Below are positions 43,691 to 52,277 of a DNA stretch of 64,000 nucleotides, piece after piece (within the stretch, counting starts at the first letter, position 1; every line of letters starts with the position of its first letter). A program made the position numbers and the translations under genes. The stretch comes from Clostridiales bacterium (GTDB taxonomy: Bacteria; Bacillota; Clostridia; Saccharofermentanales; DTU023), in assembly GCA_004556925.1 (NCBI GenBank), contig SFFI01000013.1, positions 11,563-75,562 on the forward strand, given 5' to 3'. The notes beneath the pieces were generated by a model. That model had not been told where the DNA came from. It saw only the letters and a list, made by a program, of their open reading frames with translations, and searched no databases.

Positions 43691-44270
43691 CCATTACCTG
43701 TGTAAACCGCGAAAGTCATCTTTCACATGCTATTATATCCTTCGCTTTCAGCCAATTACCTGTGGAAATCGAAGAAGTCACTTTTCACATGCCTTTCGCC
43801 CTTAATTATTTGGCCGAAATTCATGTGAAATAAATCATTATGACATTCCACCATAAATTGAGCTTATCTGGCCCTAGCAGAATTCTTGTGAAATAACTCC
43901 ATATGCTATTTCACCATATAATTTCCTTATCTGGTCTGGGCAAAAATATTGTGAATTGAGCCAATATCACATTTCACCATATTTTTTGGCTTTTTTCCCT
44001 GCCCAAAGGCTTGTGAAATGGACAAATGCAATATTCCACCACATTTGTGATTTTGTGGACCAGTCCGGCCGGCCTGAAAAAGGTTGGCAAACCCCTGATT
44101 TGGCGGAATTGCCAACTCTTTTTTCGCTATCCCAGCATGGTATTGCCCCGAAAAGAGTTGGCAAAGTCTTGCTTTAGACGATCTGCCAACCATTATTTGG
44201 CTTTCCCAAGCAAATGTGATCCAGAAAAAGGTTGGCAAAGTGCTAATTTAGCGAGATTGCCAACCAATAA
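43691..44270. repeat. Periodic array of nine diverged palindromic units (six at 62-63 bp spacing, three at 74 bp)
   Basis: 5' arms TGTGnAAA start at 43699, 43761, 43824, 43887, 43950 and 44012, with matching TTTCAC-type 3' arms in the same register. GTTGGCAA-N18-(T/C)TGCCAAC units start at 44083, 44157 and 44231. Confidence 0.85.
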
Positions 44271-44339
44271 AGCTGCCTGACAAAAGCTAGCTAAGAAAGG
44301 CAATTACAAATTTACACACTATTAGGGACTAGACTGAAA

Positions 44340-45029
44340 CTAGATATGGAAGCGGACCTTTAACTCAAAGACAATCAACCTATATTTGAGGGCGACCGTA
44401 AGGGCAAAAACCAGGCCACAGAGAGAAGCACTCAGGGCAGCAGGCCAGACAGGTTGGAGGTCTGACCAGGCCAAGAGCAAGAGGGGCAGAATGCCTATTA
44501 GCGAAGTGGCTAAGAGGTAAAGAATGTAATCTCCCAGCTCATAGCGGACCAGGAGCATGGTCACGAGGATGGCTATAACCGCTAGGCCCGCAAATAAGGG
44601 AATCGCATAGACAATAGACCAGCCCTGCCAGCCAGTCAAATAGTCCCAGGCCAAGGCCAGGCTTGCCAGAATGGCCAGCTGATAGAGGACGCTCTTGGCA
44701 AGGTTACGGCGTTTGCGGATGAGGGCCGTGCCCAGGGACCAAAAGCCCGCTAGGATTAAAGCGGCATGGATCCAGCTTAGGCCTATGTCGGGCCAGGCCA
44801 AACGCATGGCCAGCAGGATGCCCAATAGAATTGCGGATAGGCCCATGAAGACCTTAAAGATCAAGTGCTGGTTGTAACGCAAAGGAATGAGGGGGAAACT
44901 ATCTTGGGTCAAGTCCTCTCCACTCTGGGAGAGGGGTCGGTCTTCCAGGACTTCCTGGCAGAGGGGGCAAGAGATTCTTTGTCCCTTGACCTCTATTTTG
45001 CAATGGGGGCAGTAGGCCATCTTAAACAC
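44340..45029 (-). CDS. Zinc-ribbon (CPHC...CPLC) N-terminus fused to a 5-6 TM membrane domain; possibly DUF6320-like
   Basis: MAYCPHCKIEVKGQRISCPLCQ is followed by hydrophobic helices. There is an 8-nt overlap with the upstream 849-aa gene. Confidence 0.7.
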   Translation of the reverse strand: MFKMAYCPHCKIEVKGQRISCPLCQEVLEDRPLSQSGEDLTQDSFPLIPLRYNQHLIFKVFMGLSAILLGILLAMRLAWPDIGLSWIHAALILAGFWSLGTALIRKRRNLAKSVLYQLAILASLALAWDYLTGWQGWSIVYAIPLFAGLAVIAILVTMLLVRYELGDYILYLLATSLIGILPLLLLAWSDLQPVWPAALSASLCGLVFALTVALKYRLIVFELKVRFHI

Positions 45030-47571
45030 GCTCCTCTACTAGGTTATTGGCGGCCACTGTAATGTCTACACCCTGGTCTACCAGGAAGCGTAAAAAATGT
45101 CGCTGAATGTTTGTCTTCTGGTAGGGAGAGCAGAAACTCAGGCTGAACGTGTCTCCAAAGCTTATACAGGTAAACTGCGGCCGTCTAGCAGAAATGCACA
45201 GGGTCAGCTTATCTACATAAGGGGCAACTGGGTCTGGTAAGCTAAACTTGCCCATATTGGACAGGGCACTGGTCAGTTTAAGGTCCTCCAAGTGGGCTGA
45301 AAATTTGAGGACAGCATCTTTCAAGGGCCTCGGGATGGGCCGGAGGGCCAGATTTTCCTCCAAGTCAAACAAGCGGTAGAGTTTGGCCGCCAACTTGTCT
45401 TGGCTGATCTGGGTCTGGTACTGACTTTTGACTGCCTGGCAAAGCTCAGACAGGCTAGGTTCAGGGCCAGTGTAGGTATAGCCAATGGTCACCGTGGCAA
45501 AAAAGTTGCGGGCAGATTGGGATGGATAAAAAGACCGCAAATTAACCGGCACCGAAAGGGTAATACTGTAGGGACGTTGGCTCGGATCCTTAGGGTTCGG
45601 ACCCTCTTGGTCTTGCTTTGCCCGATTGATGGACTGGATAAATAAGGCCGTTAGGTAGATCGACAGGCTGACCCCTTCCTTTCTGGCGAGCTTTAAGACG
45701 GGGGCGAGTGGCATATTACATTCCAGGATATGCACCCGATTGTCAGGCGTAGGCTGGCCAGAAATATGATAGACACGCGGCCATTTTTTCTGGAGGTCAG
45801 CCGCTTGGCTTTTCACCTTGGCTTTCCGAGCCTGCCAGGCCTTGCGGTCGGCCTTGTTGTGGGGGCGCGCAAAATAAGTGGTAAAGGCATCTTCGGTCTG
45901 CTGGGCAAAAGACAGGCCTTCTGGGGCCAGGTCCTCCCAGATTGTCTCTGAGGCCTCTGCCTCTCGAAGATAGCGCAAGTGTACATAGTGGGAGATCAGA
46001 AGGCGGAAGAAGTCAGCGGCCCCGTTACCATCTGATAGGGCATGAAAAACTTCCAGGCTGATCCTTTTATGATAGTAAAGCACCCTAAAGAGCAGGTTCT
46101 GCCGGTCCAGCTGATAAAGGCCTTGGACCGGCGCCTCGGCTTCTGGCTTGACCTGGGGCCTCAAGTCACTCTCCTGGAAGTAGTACCAGAAAATACCTCG
46201 GCGCAGAACCACATGGTAGAGCGGAAAATGGTCGTAGGCCAGGTCTAGAGCCTCTTGCAAGATCTGAGGGTCTACCTCCTCCCACATAACGGCCGTAAAG
46301 CGGAATACCTTGGTATCTATCGGGGTGAGCGTTGCAGGAAAAATCTTAGAAGCATTGTCCAGAGTCATCCAGGCACGCTTTTGCCGGGCCTGGGCCACAG
46401 CCGTGTCCAAATTGGTGCGCTGGCGGGCCGCCTGGTCTGAGACCAGGTCTTGCATCTTGTCATCCAAATCGGGATGGTCAGGCAGAGATTTTTCCGGGCT
46501 GATCTCCTGGAGCCATTTTCGGGCTTGCGCCAGTTCCTCTGGGCTAAGCTTGCGGGAAGCTGGCGGGTCTGGAGAGTCTTCCCCATCCTTACTCTCCTCT
46601 ACACACTCCTCTACATAGGCAGGGCTTGTCCCTGCTGGGCCTGTAGCCTCCAGGAAGGCGGAGATCCTTCGGTAAGTCTCCTCTACCGCCCCCAGCCAAT
46701 CTGGATAGGCCAAATAGCCATGGGGAGCCCCTAAAAGCCGGTAAAGTTCCACCGTGTTACCCGCCTCCTCCAGAGCCAGGGCGAAAGCCTCCCCCTCATC
46801 CCGCAAGGGATCATATTCGGCAGTTAGGACCAGGGTGGCCGGGAGATTTTTCAGGCTATGGGCCAAGAGGGGCGAAACCTCTGGGCACTTTCTTTGGAGC
46901 GGGTCTGGGATGTAGAGGGTCATATAGTCCTGGACTTTTTGGCTCGTCAGGCCATAGTCTTCTCCCATACTACGTATGGAATCAAAAGGGCTCGTGCGGG
47001 GATCGTGGTCCCAATAGGTGGCTGGATAGAAAAGGATTTGCCGATCAGCCGGCCGGGAGTGGGACTCCCGCAGAAATAAGGACACTACGGCGGCAAGATT
47101 GGCCCCGGCTGAATCCCCGCACAGGGTGATCATACCCTGGTCTCGCTGGTCGCCGGCATGGTAAAAATCAATGAGGAGGTGGGCCGCTGTCAAGCAGTCT
47201 TCCAGCCCTGCGGGGAAGGGATGCTCCGGTGCCAGGCGGTAGTCTACCGAAAAGACTAGCTGGCCAGTCTCCTCTGCCAGCTTGCTGCAGACAGGCGTAT
47301 AAGTCTCGATATTGCCGATCACCCAGCCCCCGCCGTGAAAGTAAATGATCGCACCAGGCTTGCGTCCAGCCGAGGGGTAAAAAATACGGATGGGGATGGT
47401 CCGGTTGGCATCTAGAGAAGGCAGGCCGTAATCCTGAATAGGCGCCTGACCGTCTACAGAGGGGGCAAAAAGAGATTGGAAATCCCGCACCATTTGATAG
47501 TTTTTCTTCATATCAAACTTGGAAGTCGACAATAATTTGAGTAACAATTTCATGGCTTTATGCATGGTCAA
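45022..47571 (-). CDS. Fusion protein: HSL-family alpha/beta-hydrolase (esterase/lipase) N-domain plus a condensation/acyltransferase-like C-domain
   Basis: N-domain: HGGGW oxyanion motif, GDSAGANLA nucleophile elbow, DPLRDEG and APHGY. An acidic/Pro linker follows. C-domain: VFHALSDGNGAADFF (HxxxDG). Confidence 0.8.
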   Translation of the reverse strand: MTMHKAMKLLLKLLSTSKFDMKKNYQMVRDFQSLFAPSVDGQAPIQDYGLPSLDANRTIPIRIFYPSAGRKPGAIIYFHGGGWVIGNIETYTPVCSKLAEETGQLVFSVDYRLAPEHPFPAGLEDCLTAAHLLIDFYHAGDQRDQGMITLCGDSAGANLAAVVSLFLRESHSRPADRQILFYPATYWDHDPRTSPFDSIRSMGEDYGLTSQKVQDYMTLYIPDPLQRKCPEVSPLLAHSLKNLPATLVLTAEYDPLRDEGEAFALALEEAGNTVELYRLLGAPHGYLAYPDWLGAVEETYRRISAFLEATGPAGTSPAYVEECVEESKDGEDSPDPPASRKLSPEELAQARKWLQEISPEKSLPDHPDLDDKMQDLVSDQAARQRTNLDTAVAQARQKRAWMTLDNASKIFPATLTPIDTKVFRFTAVMWEEVDPQILQEALDLAYDHFPLYHVVLRRGIFWYYFQESDLRPQVKPEAEAPVQGLYQLDRQNLLFRVLYYHKRISLEVFHALSDGNGAADFFRLLISHYVHLRYLREAEASETIWEDLAPEGLSFAQQTEDAFTTYFARPHNKADRKAWQARKAKVKSQAADLQKKWPRVYHISGQPTPDNRVHILECNMPLAPVLKLARKEGVSLSIYLTALFIQSINRAKQDQEGPNPKDPSQRPYSITLSVPVNLRSFYPSQSARNFFATVTIGYTYTGPEPSLSELCQAVKSQYQTQISQDKLAAKLYRLFDLEENLALRPIPRPLKDAVLKFSAHLEDLKLTSALSNMGKFSLPDPVAPYVDKLTLCISARRPQFTCISFGDTFSLSFCSPYQKTNIQRHFLRFLVDQGVDITVAANNLVEERV

Positions 47572-47716
47572 CTCCTTACTCTACCCTTCAATGCGTTAGC
47601 CCTACTTTAGATAAGGTAAAATAGCTGTGCAAGTATTGTAGAAGAACTCATAGGCTCACTCATTGAGCGTAACCTTTATAAGGCGTTAGCTATTGTCAAC
47701 TAACAAGAACTAGTCA

Positions 47717-47756
47717 AGAAAAGGCTCCAGAGCAGAATGAACTGATCCGGGGCCTT
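47717..47756 (-). terminator. Possible intrinsic terminator after the surface-protein gene
   Basis: On the minus strand: GGCCCCGGA-loop-TCTGGAGCC (imperfect) followed by TTTTCTT. Confidence 0.4.
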
Positions 47757-47792
47757 GAGAATGTAGTGATAATGGCCTATTTGCTATTTAGT

Positions 47793-49625
47793 CTAGCCGC
47801 GCCTTTTCAGGAAAAAACCTACGAGGGCAAGGCCCAGGCCTGTCCAAAGAATCAAGCTCGTCTCTACACTACCTGTAGCCGGCAAGGCATAGACATTTGG
47901 GCTGGGCGTAGTAGGCATCACTACGACTTGTCTTGTCGGCTGGGGTAAAGTTTCCATCGATTCAACTACAGTTTCAACAGTAGTCTGGTTAGGATGAAGA
48001 GGCATGCCAATGTTATGCAAAGGTAAGGTTTCCACCGGCACAACCACAGTTACCGCAGTAGTCTGATTAGGATAAACAGGTATCTCAATGTTAGGAATAT
48101 CATTGCTTTCCCATTCTGCGATAAAAGTATGGTCTCCCTCCACGACATAAGTGTCTCCCGGTTGATACACAGAATCCTGTCCCTTCCAGTAGAGAAAACG
48201 ATAGCCCTCCCTAACTGGCGTTTCGATGATTATAAAGTTTTGATCTTTCACTACAACAAAGGTCTTATTGGAGCCATTGCCATCCCAATTTCCCCCGTTG
48301 GGATCAAAGGTCAGGAGGCAGTCTTCTGCAGTATATGCGGCCTTGAGATCCGCCTGCCAAACCTCCTGTTGGTAATCGAGCTTAATAGCTTCTTCTGCGT
48401 GCTCTATGGCATCGAAGCGCTGCCCTTGACGGCCATCTTCAAACCAGCCTGATGCCCGGAAAGGAGTCATCTTGCCGGTGGCCGTCATGCTTTTACCGGT
48501 GGGGAGCTTGACCGTGTGAGCGGTATCATTATCAATGGTTATATCATCTCCGGCTGTTGTCGCCTTGTTCTCATAAATAACTGACTGATCATCAACCGTC
48601 AGGTCACATTCAAGAAGACCAATAGCGCCACCCCTATTTGCCTGATTCTGCGTAAAGGCGCTTCCTGCTACGCTTACAGAACCGGTTGCATAAAGTGCGC
48701 CGCCAGATTCTATTGCATTATTGTTCTTGAATATGCAGTTTTTCATGTCCAGCGTGGTGCCGGAATAAATCGCACCGCCATATTGCGCACTATTTTCCTC
48801 GAAAACGGCATTTTCAATATGGACGCTCTTTCCATTGAAGTTGGCAATGGCCCCTCCGAAGTCGTTACCCCATTCGCCGGTCGCACGGTTATTTCGGAAG
48901 ATACCACCGTACACATTAAGAACTGCCGTAGCTTCTGATTGCCAGGGTGGAAGACTGATCCCTCCACCCATCATCTTAGACTGATTATTCTCTACCGTTC
49001 CGCCATACATATTGAAGGTGCCATAAACCACAATACCGGCTGCGCCTGTCCCGCCATGACCATTCGAGTTACGAACGGTAACACCAGCGTACATGTTAAT
49101 AGTCCCATTATCATGTGCGATCAATAAGGCGTTAGTGCTGTATTGTTCTTTACCATCAATAACAAGTCTGCTTTTTTCCGGTTCAGTTTTGCTACCCAGA
49201 TTGACCACTGCACCATTCTTGGTGAAAATCACATTTTTGTAGGCGTATGTTGTATCATCCGATCGCGTAATGGTGTGCCCGTTTCCTAAGATGGTATAGG
49301 TTCCCGGCTGGTCGAATCGCAGGATCCCATCAGTGTCAGAAGTAGCGCTGTCATCTGTTCGATTGCCGGAGAGCTTATTTAATTCGACATCCTTCAATAG
49401 TTCGATCGTATCCCCATCATTTGCCGCATCGACAGCATCCACCAAAGTGTCATAGTGCATTGTACCGATCATGGCTTCATGCGGGCAGTCACCTGTACAA
49501 TTATCAGTTGGTTCTGCATGAACGCAGAGGGGCATAAAGGTTAGTGCGAACAGGAGTAATAAAATAAAGAGGATATACCCATTATGTTTAAGATTAGTCT
49601 TATTGATCATGATCATTCTTATCAT
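47793..49625 (-). CDS. Cell-wall-anchored surface protein: signal peptide, Pmp-type (GGAI) beta-helix repeats, Listeria-Bacteroides repeat, LPATG sorting signal
   Basis: FGGAIANF, YGGAIYSG, SGGALYATG and RGGAIGLL repeats; LTFDPNGGNWDG...REGYRFLYWKG; C-terminal LPATG plus a TM helix and KRRG. Confidence 0.85.
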   Translation of the reverse strand: MIRMIMINKTNLKHNGYILFILLLLFALTFMPLCVHAEPTDNCTGDCPHEAMIGTMHYDTLVDAVDAANDGDTIELLKDVELNKLSGNRTDDSATSDTDGILRFDQPGTYTILGNGHTITRSDDTTYAYKNVIFTKNGAVVNLGSKTEPEKSRLVIDGKEQYSTNALLIAHDNGTINMYAGVTVRNSNGHGGTGAAGIVVYGTFNMYGGTVENNQSKMMGGGISLPPWQSEATAVLNVYGGIFRNNRATGEWGNDFGGAIANFNGKSVHIENAVFEENSAQYGGAIYSGTTLDMKNCIFKNNNAIESGGALYATGSVSVAGSAFTQNQANRGGAIGLLECDLTVDDQSVIYENKATTAGDDITIDNDTAHTVKLPTGKSMTATGKMTPFRASGWFEDGRQGQRFDAIEHAEEAIKLDYQQEVWQADLKAAYTAEDCLLTFDPNGGNWDGNGSNKTFVVVKDQNFIIIETPVREGYRFLYWKGQDSVYQPGDTYVVEGDHTFIAEWESNDIPNIEIPVYPNQTTAVTVVVPVETLPLHNIGMPLHPNQTTVETVVESMETLPQPTRQVVVMPTTPSPNVYALPATGSVETSLILWTGLGLALVGFFLKRRG

Positions 49626-49700
49626 CCTCGCAGTTTCATCAGAGAATTTATGGAAATTGTATAATACAAGATAGAGAAATTAAAGGCATAGGAGAACAAT

Positions 49701-50585
49701 ATGGATTTTGCAAGCACACTGAAGGACCGGGTTCAGGTCATAGAAGGTATCTTAGACGGCTACCTGCCCCCGATAGAAGGCCCCCAGGCTCATGTAATCG
49801 AGGCCATGAATTATGCAGTCAGGGCCGGTGGTAAGCACATCCGCCCTCTCCTCATGCAGGAGACCCACAAGCTCTTGGGTGGCCAATCCCCTGCCCTTCC
49901 CGCCTTCATGGCGGCCTTGGAGTTTATCCATAACTACTCCCTCATTCACGACGACCTACCTGCCATGGATAATGATGACTTCCGCCGCGGCCAGCCCACC
50001 GTTCACAAGGCCTACGGAGAGGCCCTAGCAATCCTTGCCGGCGATGGCCTCTTAAACCTGGCCTTTGAAACGGCCAGCCAAGCCCTAACCCTAGACGATT
50101 CACCCAAGACCAGCAAAGCTCTCCAGATTTTAGCCCAAAAGGCAGGCATTTACGGCATGATCGGCGGACAGGTTGTTGATATACAAACAGAAGGGCAAAG
50201 CATTGATTTAGAGACCCTGGTCTTTATTCACCAGCTCAAATGTGGGGCCCTCTTTGAGGCCGCCATGGAGATAGGGGCTATCCTGGCTGGCGCCTCAGCG
50301 GAAGAAGAAAAAGCCATAGTAGCGATCGCCGCCGACTTAGGCCTGGCCTTCCAAATTCAAGATGACATCCTGGATGTCACCTCAAATCTTGAAGCCTTGG
50401 GCAAGGCCAGCCAGGCCGATGCAGCCTTGGGTAAAAATACCTATGTTAGCCTCATGGGCTTAGATAAAGCAAAGGAAAAGGTCAGCAGACTGACCGATAG
50501 AGCCCTAACGCAGTTGCGCACTTTGCCCCAGTCCAATGCCTTCCTAGGAAGTTTAATCCTCGCCCTTTGCGGCCGGGCCTATTAA
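49701..50585 (+). CDS. ispA: (2E,6E)-farnesyl diphosphate synthase / short-chain polyprenyl synthase
   Basis: First Asp-rich motif LIHDDLPAMDNDDFRRG and second FQIQDDILD; 294 aa. Confidence 0.85.
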   Translation: MDFASTLKDRVQVIEGILDGYLPPIEGPQAHVIEAMNYAVRAGGKHIRPLLMQETHKLLGGQSPALPAFMAALEFIHNYSLIHDDLPAMDNDDFRRGQPTVHKAYGEALAILAGDGLLNLAFETASQALTLDDSPKTSKALQILAQKAGIYGMIGGQVVDIQTEGQSIDLETLVFIHQLKCGALFEAAMEIGAILAGASAEEEKAIVAIAADLGLAFQIQDDILDVTSNLEALGKASQADAALGKNTYVSLMGLDKAKEKVSRLTDRALTQLRTLPQSNAFLGSLILALCGRAY

Positions 50586-50770
50586 AGACCCGCCCCAGCC
50601 CTAATAAGTCGCCTAGCCATTGATAGTCATGAGCTCCTGGACCACAATTCAATCTGCAACTCTTGCAGAGTTAATAAAAGCCCCAGACCAGACTAAGCTG
50701 ATCCAGGGCCTTTGGGGTTTAGTGATAAATTGACTTCATACCCAGGCTAAAGCTCTCCTATGTTACGAAA

Positions 50771-50797
50771 AAAAGACCGATGTGGCGTCGGTCTTTT
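50771..50797. terminator. Bidirectional intrinsic terminator between the convergent ispA and amidohydrolase genes
   Basis: AAAAGACCGA-TGTGGCG-TCGGTCTTTT: a 10-bp stem (AAAAGACCGA / TCGGTCTTTT) that itself carries the A and T tracts. Confidence 0.7.
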
Positions 50798-50874
50798 TAG
50801 GCTTCGATCAATTGTGCTAAGAAATATCCCTTACAGGGTAAACGGCAATGTGCCTTTGGTCATCCGCTTGATGC

Positions 50875-52122
50875 TTATAGGGCGTCTTTAATGACGATGT
50901 CCCCTTCCTTCATAATGACCTGCATGTTATCAGGGGTCAGGTTATGAATATCGGCCGCCACGTCGCCGGTGACAACCAGCAAGTCGGCATACATGCCTGC
51001 TTGCAGGGTACCGAATTCATCTTCTTTACCGACCATCTTAGCCCCGTTGAGGGTAGCAGCCACAATGGTATCCATGGTAGAGATGCCAGCCCGGTCAACA
51101 AAGTCATACATTTCCTGAATGGTGACATAGCCATAGGGGGTCGCATTCGCAAAGGAGTCAGAACCGATGTTGATGGTAACACCCAGTTCATGGGCCCGGC
51201 GGAGGTTGGCATATGTACGGTTCAATTCTTTTTCGGTGGTGGTAGCACCGGGGAATTTGGCATTGGCTTCTGAGGGTTCAGGCGGATAGGTGCTGTACCA
51301 GGTAGGCAGGAAGCCGATGGTCGGTGTGAAGAAGGTGCCTTTTTCGGCCATCAGGTCCATGGTGCGGTCGTCCAGCTCAAAGCCGTGGATCAGCTGGTGG
51401 CAGCCAAAACGTACGGAGTCATAGGCGGCACTGACACTATTGTAAGAGTGGGACCAGACGGGTACACCACGTAGGGCGCATTCATCGCAGACGGCTTGAA
51501 TTTCTTCGGAGGAATAGAGTTGGAAACGGCCAGAATCCCAGCGCCAGATACCGCCGCCGGTCGCCCAGATCTTAATGGCATCTGGGTTTTCACGCAGGCG
51601 CATACGAATAGCTTTGCGGAGTTCCCAAGGGCCATCTACCTGGTCGCCCCAAGGGTGGGAATCCTTGCTCATTTGCTGGGGTAATTTATGTGAATCGCCG
51701 TGGCCAGCAGAGGCGCAGAAGCCTAGGCCTGTGGCAAAAATCCGGGGACCTTTTAATTCGCCCATATTGACCAGGTCACGAATAGCAATACCAAAGCGGC
51801 CAATTTCGCAAACCGTGGTCAGGCCGTGGGTCAGGGCCATGTAAGACTGCTTAACGGCTTCAGCCTGCTTTTGCAGGAGGGGCTCGATAACCCAGTCAGA
51901 GTCGTTATCAGTCAGGTTGCCAGAGAAATGTAAGTGGGCATCGATGAGGCCAGGCATGATGGTGCAACCTTTGATATCCCTTACCTCATAACCTTCGGGG
52001 ATCTCTTTGGCCTTGCCGGCATATTCAATTTTCTTGCCATCAACCAGGACTAGGCTGTCCACTACTGGATTGGCACCGGTACCGTCTACCAGTTTGCCGC
52101 CTTTAAATGCATATTTACCCAT
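50875..52122 (-). CDS. Metal-dependent amidohydrolase family protein
   Basis: PGLIDAHLHF metal-binding motif and a TIM-barrel amidohydrolase layout; substrate unknown. Confidence 0.8.
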   Translation of the reverse strand: MGKYAFKGGKLVDGTGANPVVDSLVLVDGKKIEYAGKAKEIPEGYEVRDIKGCTIMPGLIDAHLHFSGNLTDNDSDWVIEPLLQKQAEAVKQSYMALTHGLTTVCEIGRFGIAIRDLVNMGELKGPRIFATGLGFCASAGHGDSHKLPQQMSKDSHPWGDQVDGPWELRKAIRMRLRENPDAIKIWATGGGIWRWDSGRFQLYSSEEIQAVCDECALRGVPVWSHSYNSVSAAYDSVRFGCHQLIHGFELDDRTMDLMAEKGTFFTPTIGFLPTWYSTYPPEPSEANAKFPGATTTEKELNRTYANLRRAHELGVTINIGSDSFANATPYGYVTIQEMYDFVDRAGISTMDTIVAATLNGAKMVGKEDEFGTLQAGMYADLLVVTGDVAADIHNLTPDNMQVIMKEGDIVIKDAL

Positions 52123-52277
52123 AATATTAAAAACTTCCTTTCAAATAAAATAGCTTTGTTAAATATTTTTAATCTAAATCGTTTTAGGTTAAAACAAGAT
52201 CAGGGGCTACTGGCTCAATCACTTTTCTATCGCTTTGTTTGACTGGACCAGCAGCCTTATGTAAAGAAGGTAGGTGA

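Noticed and set aside
43691-44270. Interpreting the array as a CRISPR array, integron attC sites, parS sites or CRP-type operators.
   Set aside because: - **CRISPR:** the repeat sequences are far too diverged, the conserved parts are the palindrome arms rather than a full repeat, and there are no cas genes.
- **attC:** the arms do not fit RYYYAAC/GTTRRRY, there are no cassettes and no intI.
- **parS:** GTGAAA/TTTCAC resemble parS half-sites but are in the opposite order and 11-13 bp apart.
- **CRP/FNR:** TGTGA...TCAC spacing is 17-19 nt, not 6.
43927-44280. Four overlapping 65-103-aa ORFs on both strands within the repeat array.
   Set aside because: There is no RBS and they mutually overlap on both strands. 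Their repetitive peptide motifs are by-products of the DNA repeat units, and reading frames are not preserved across units (62/63/74-bp periods are mostly not multiples of 3).
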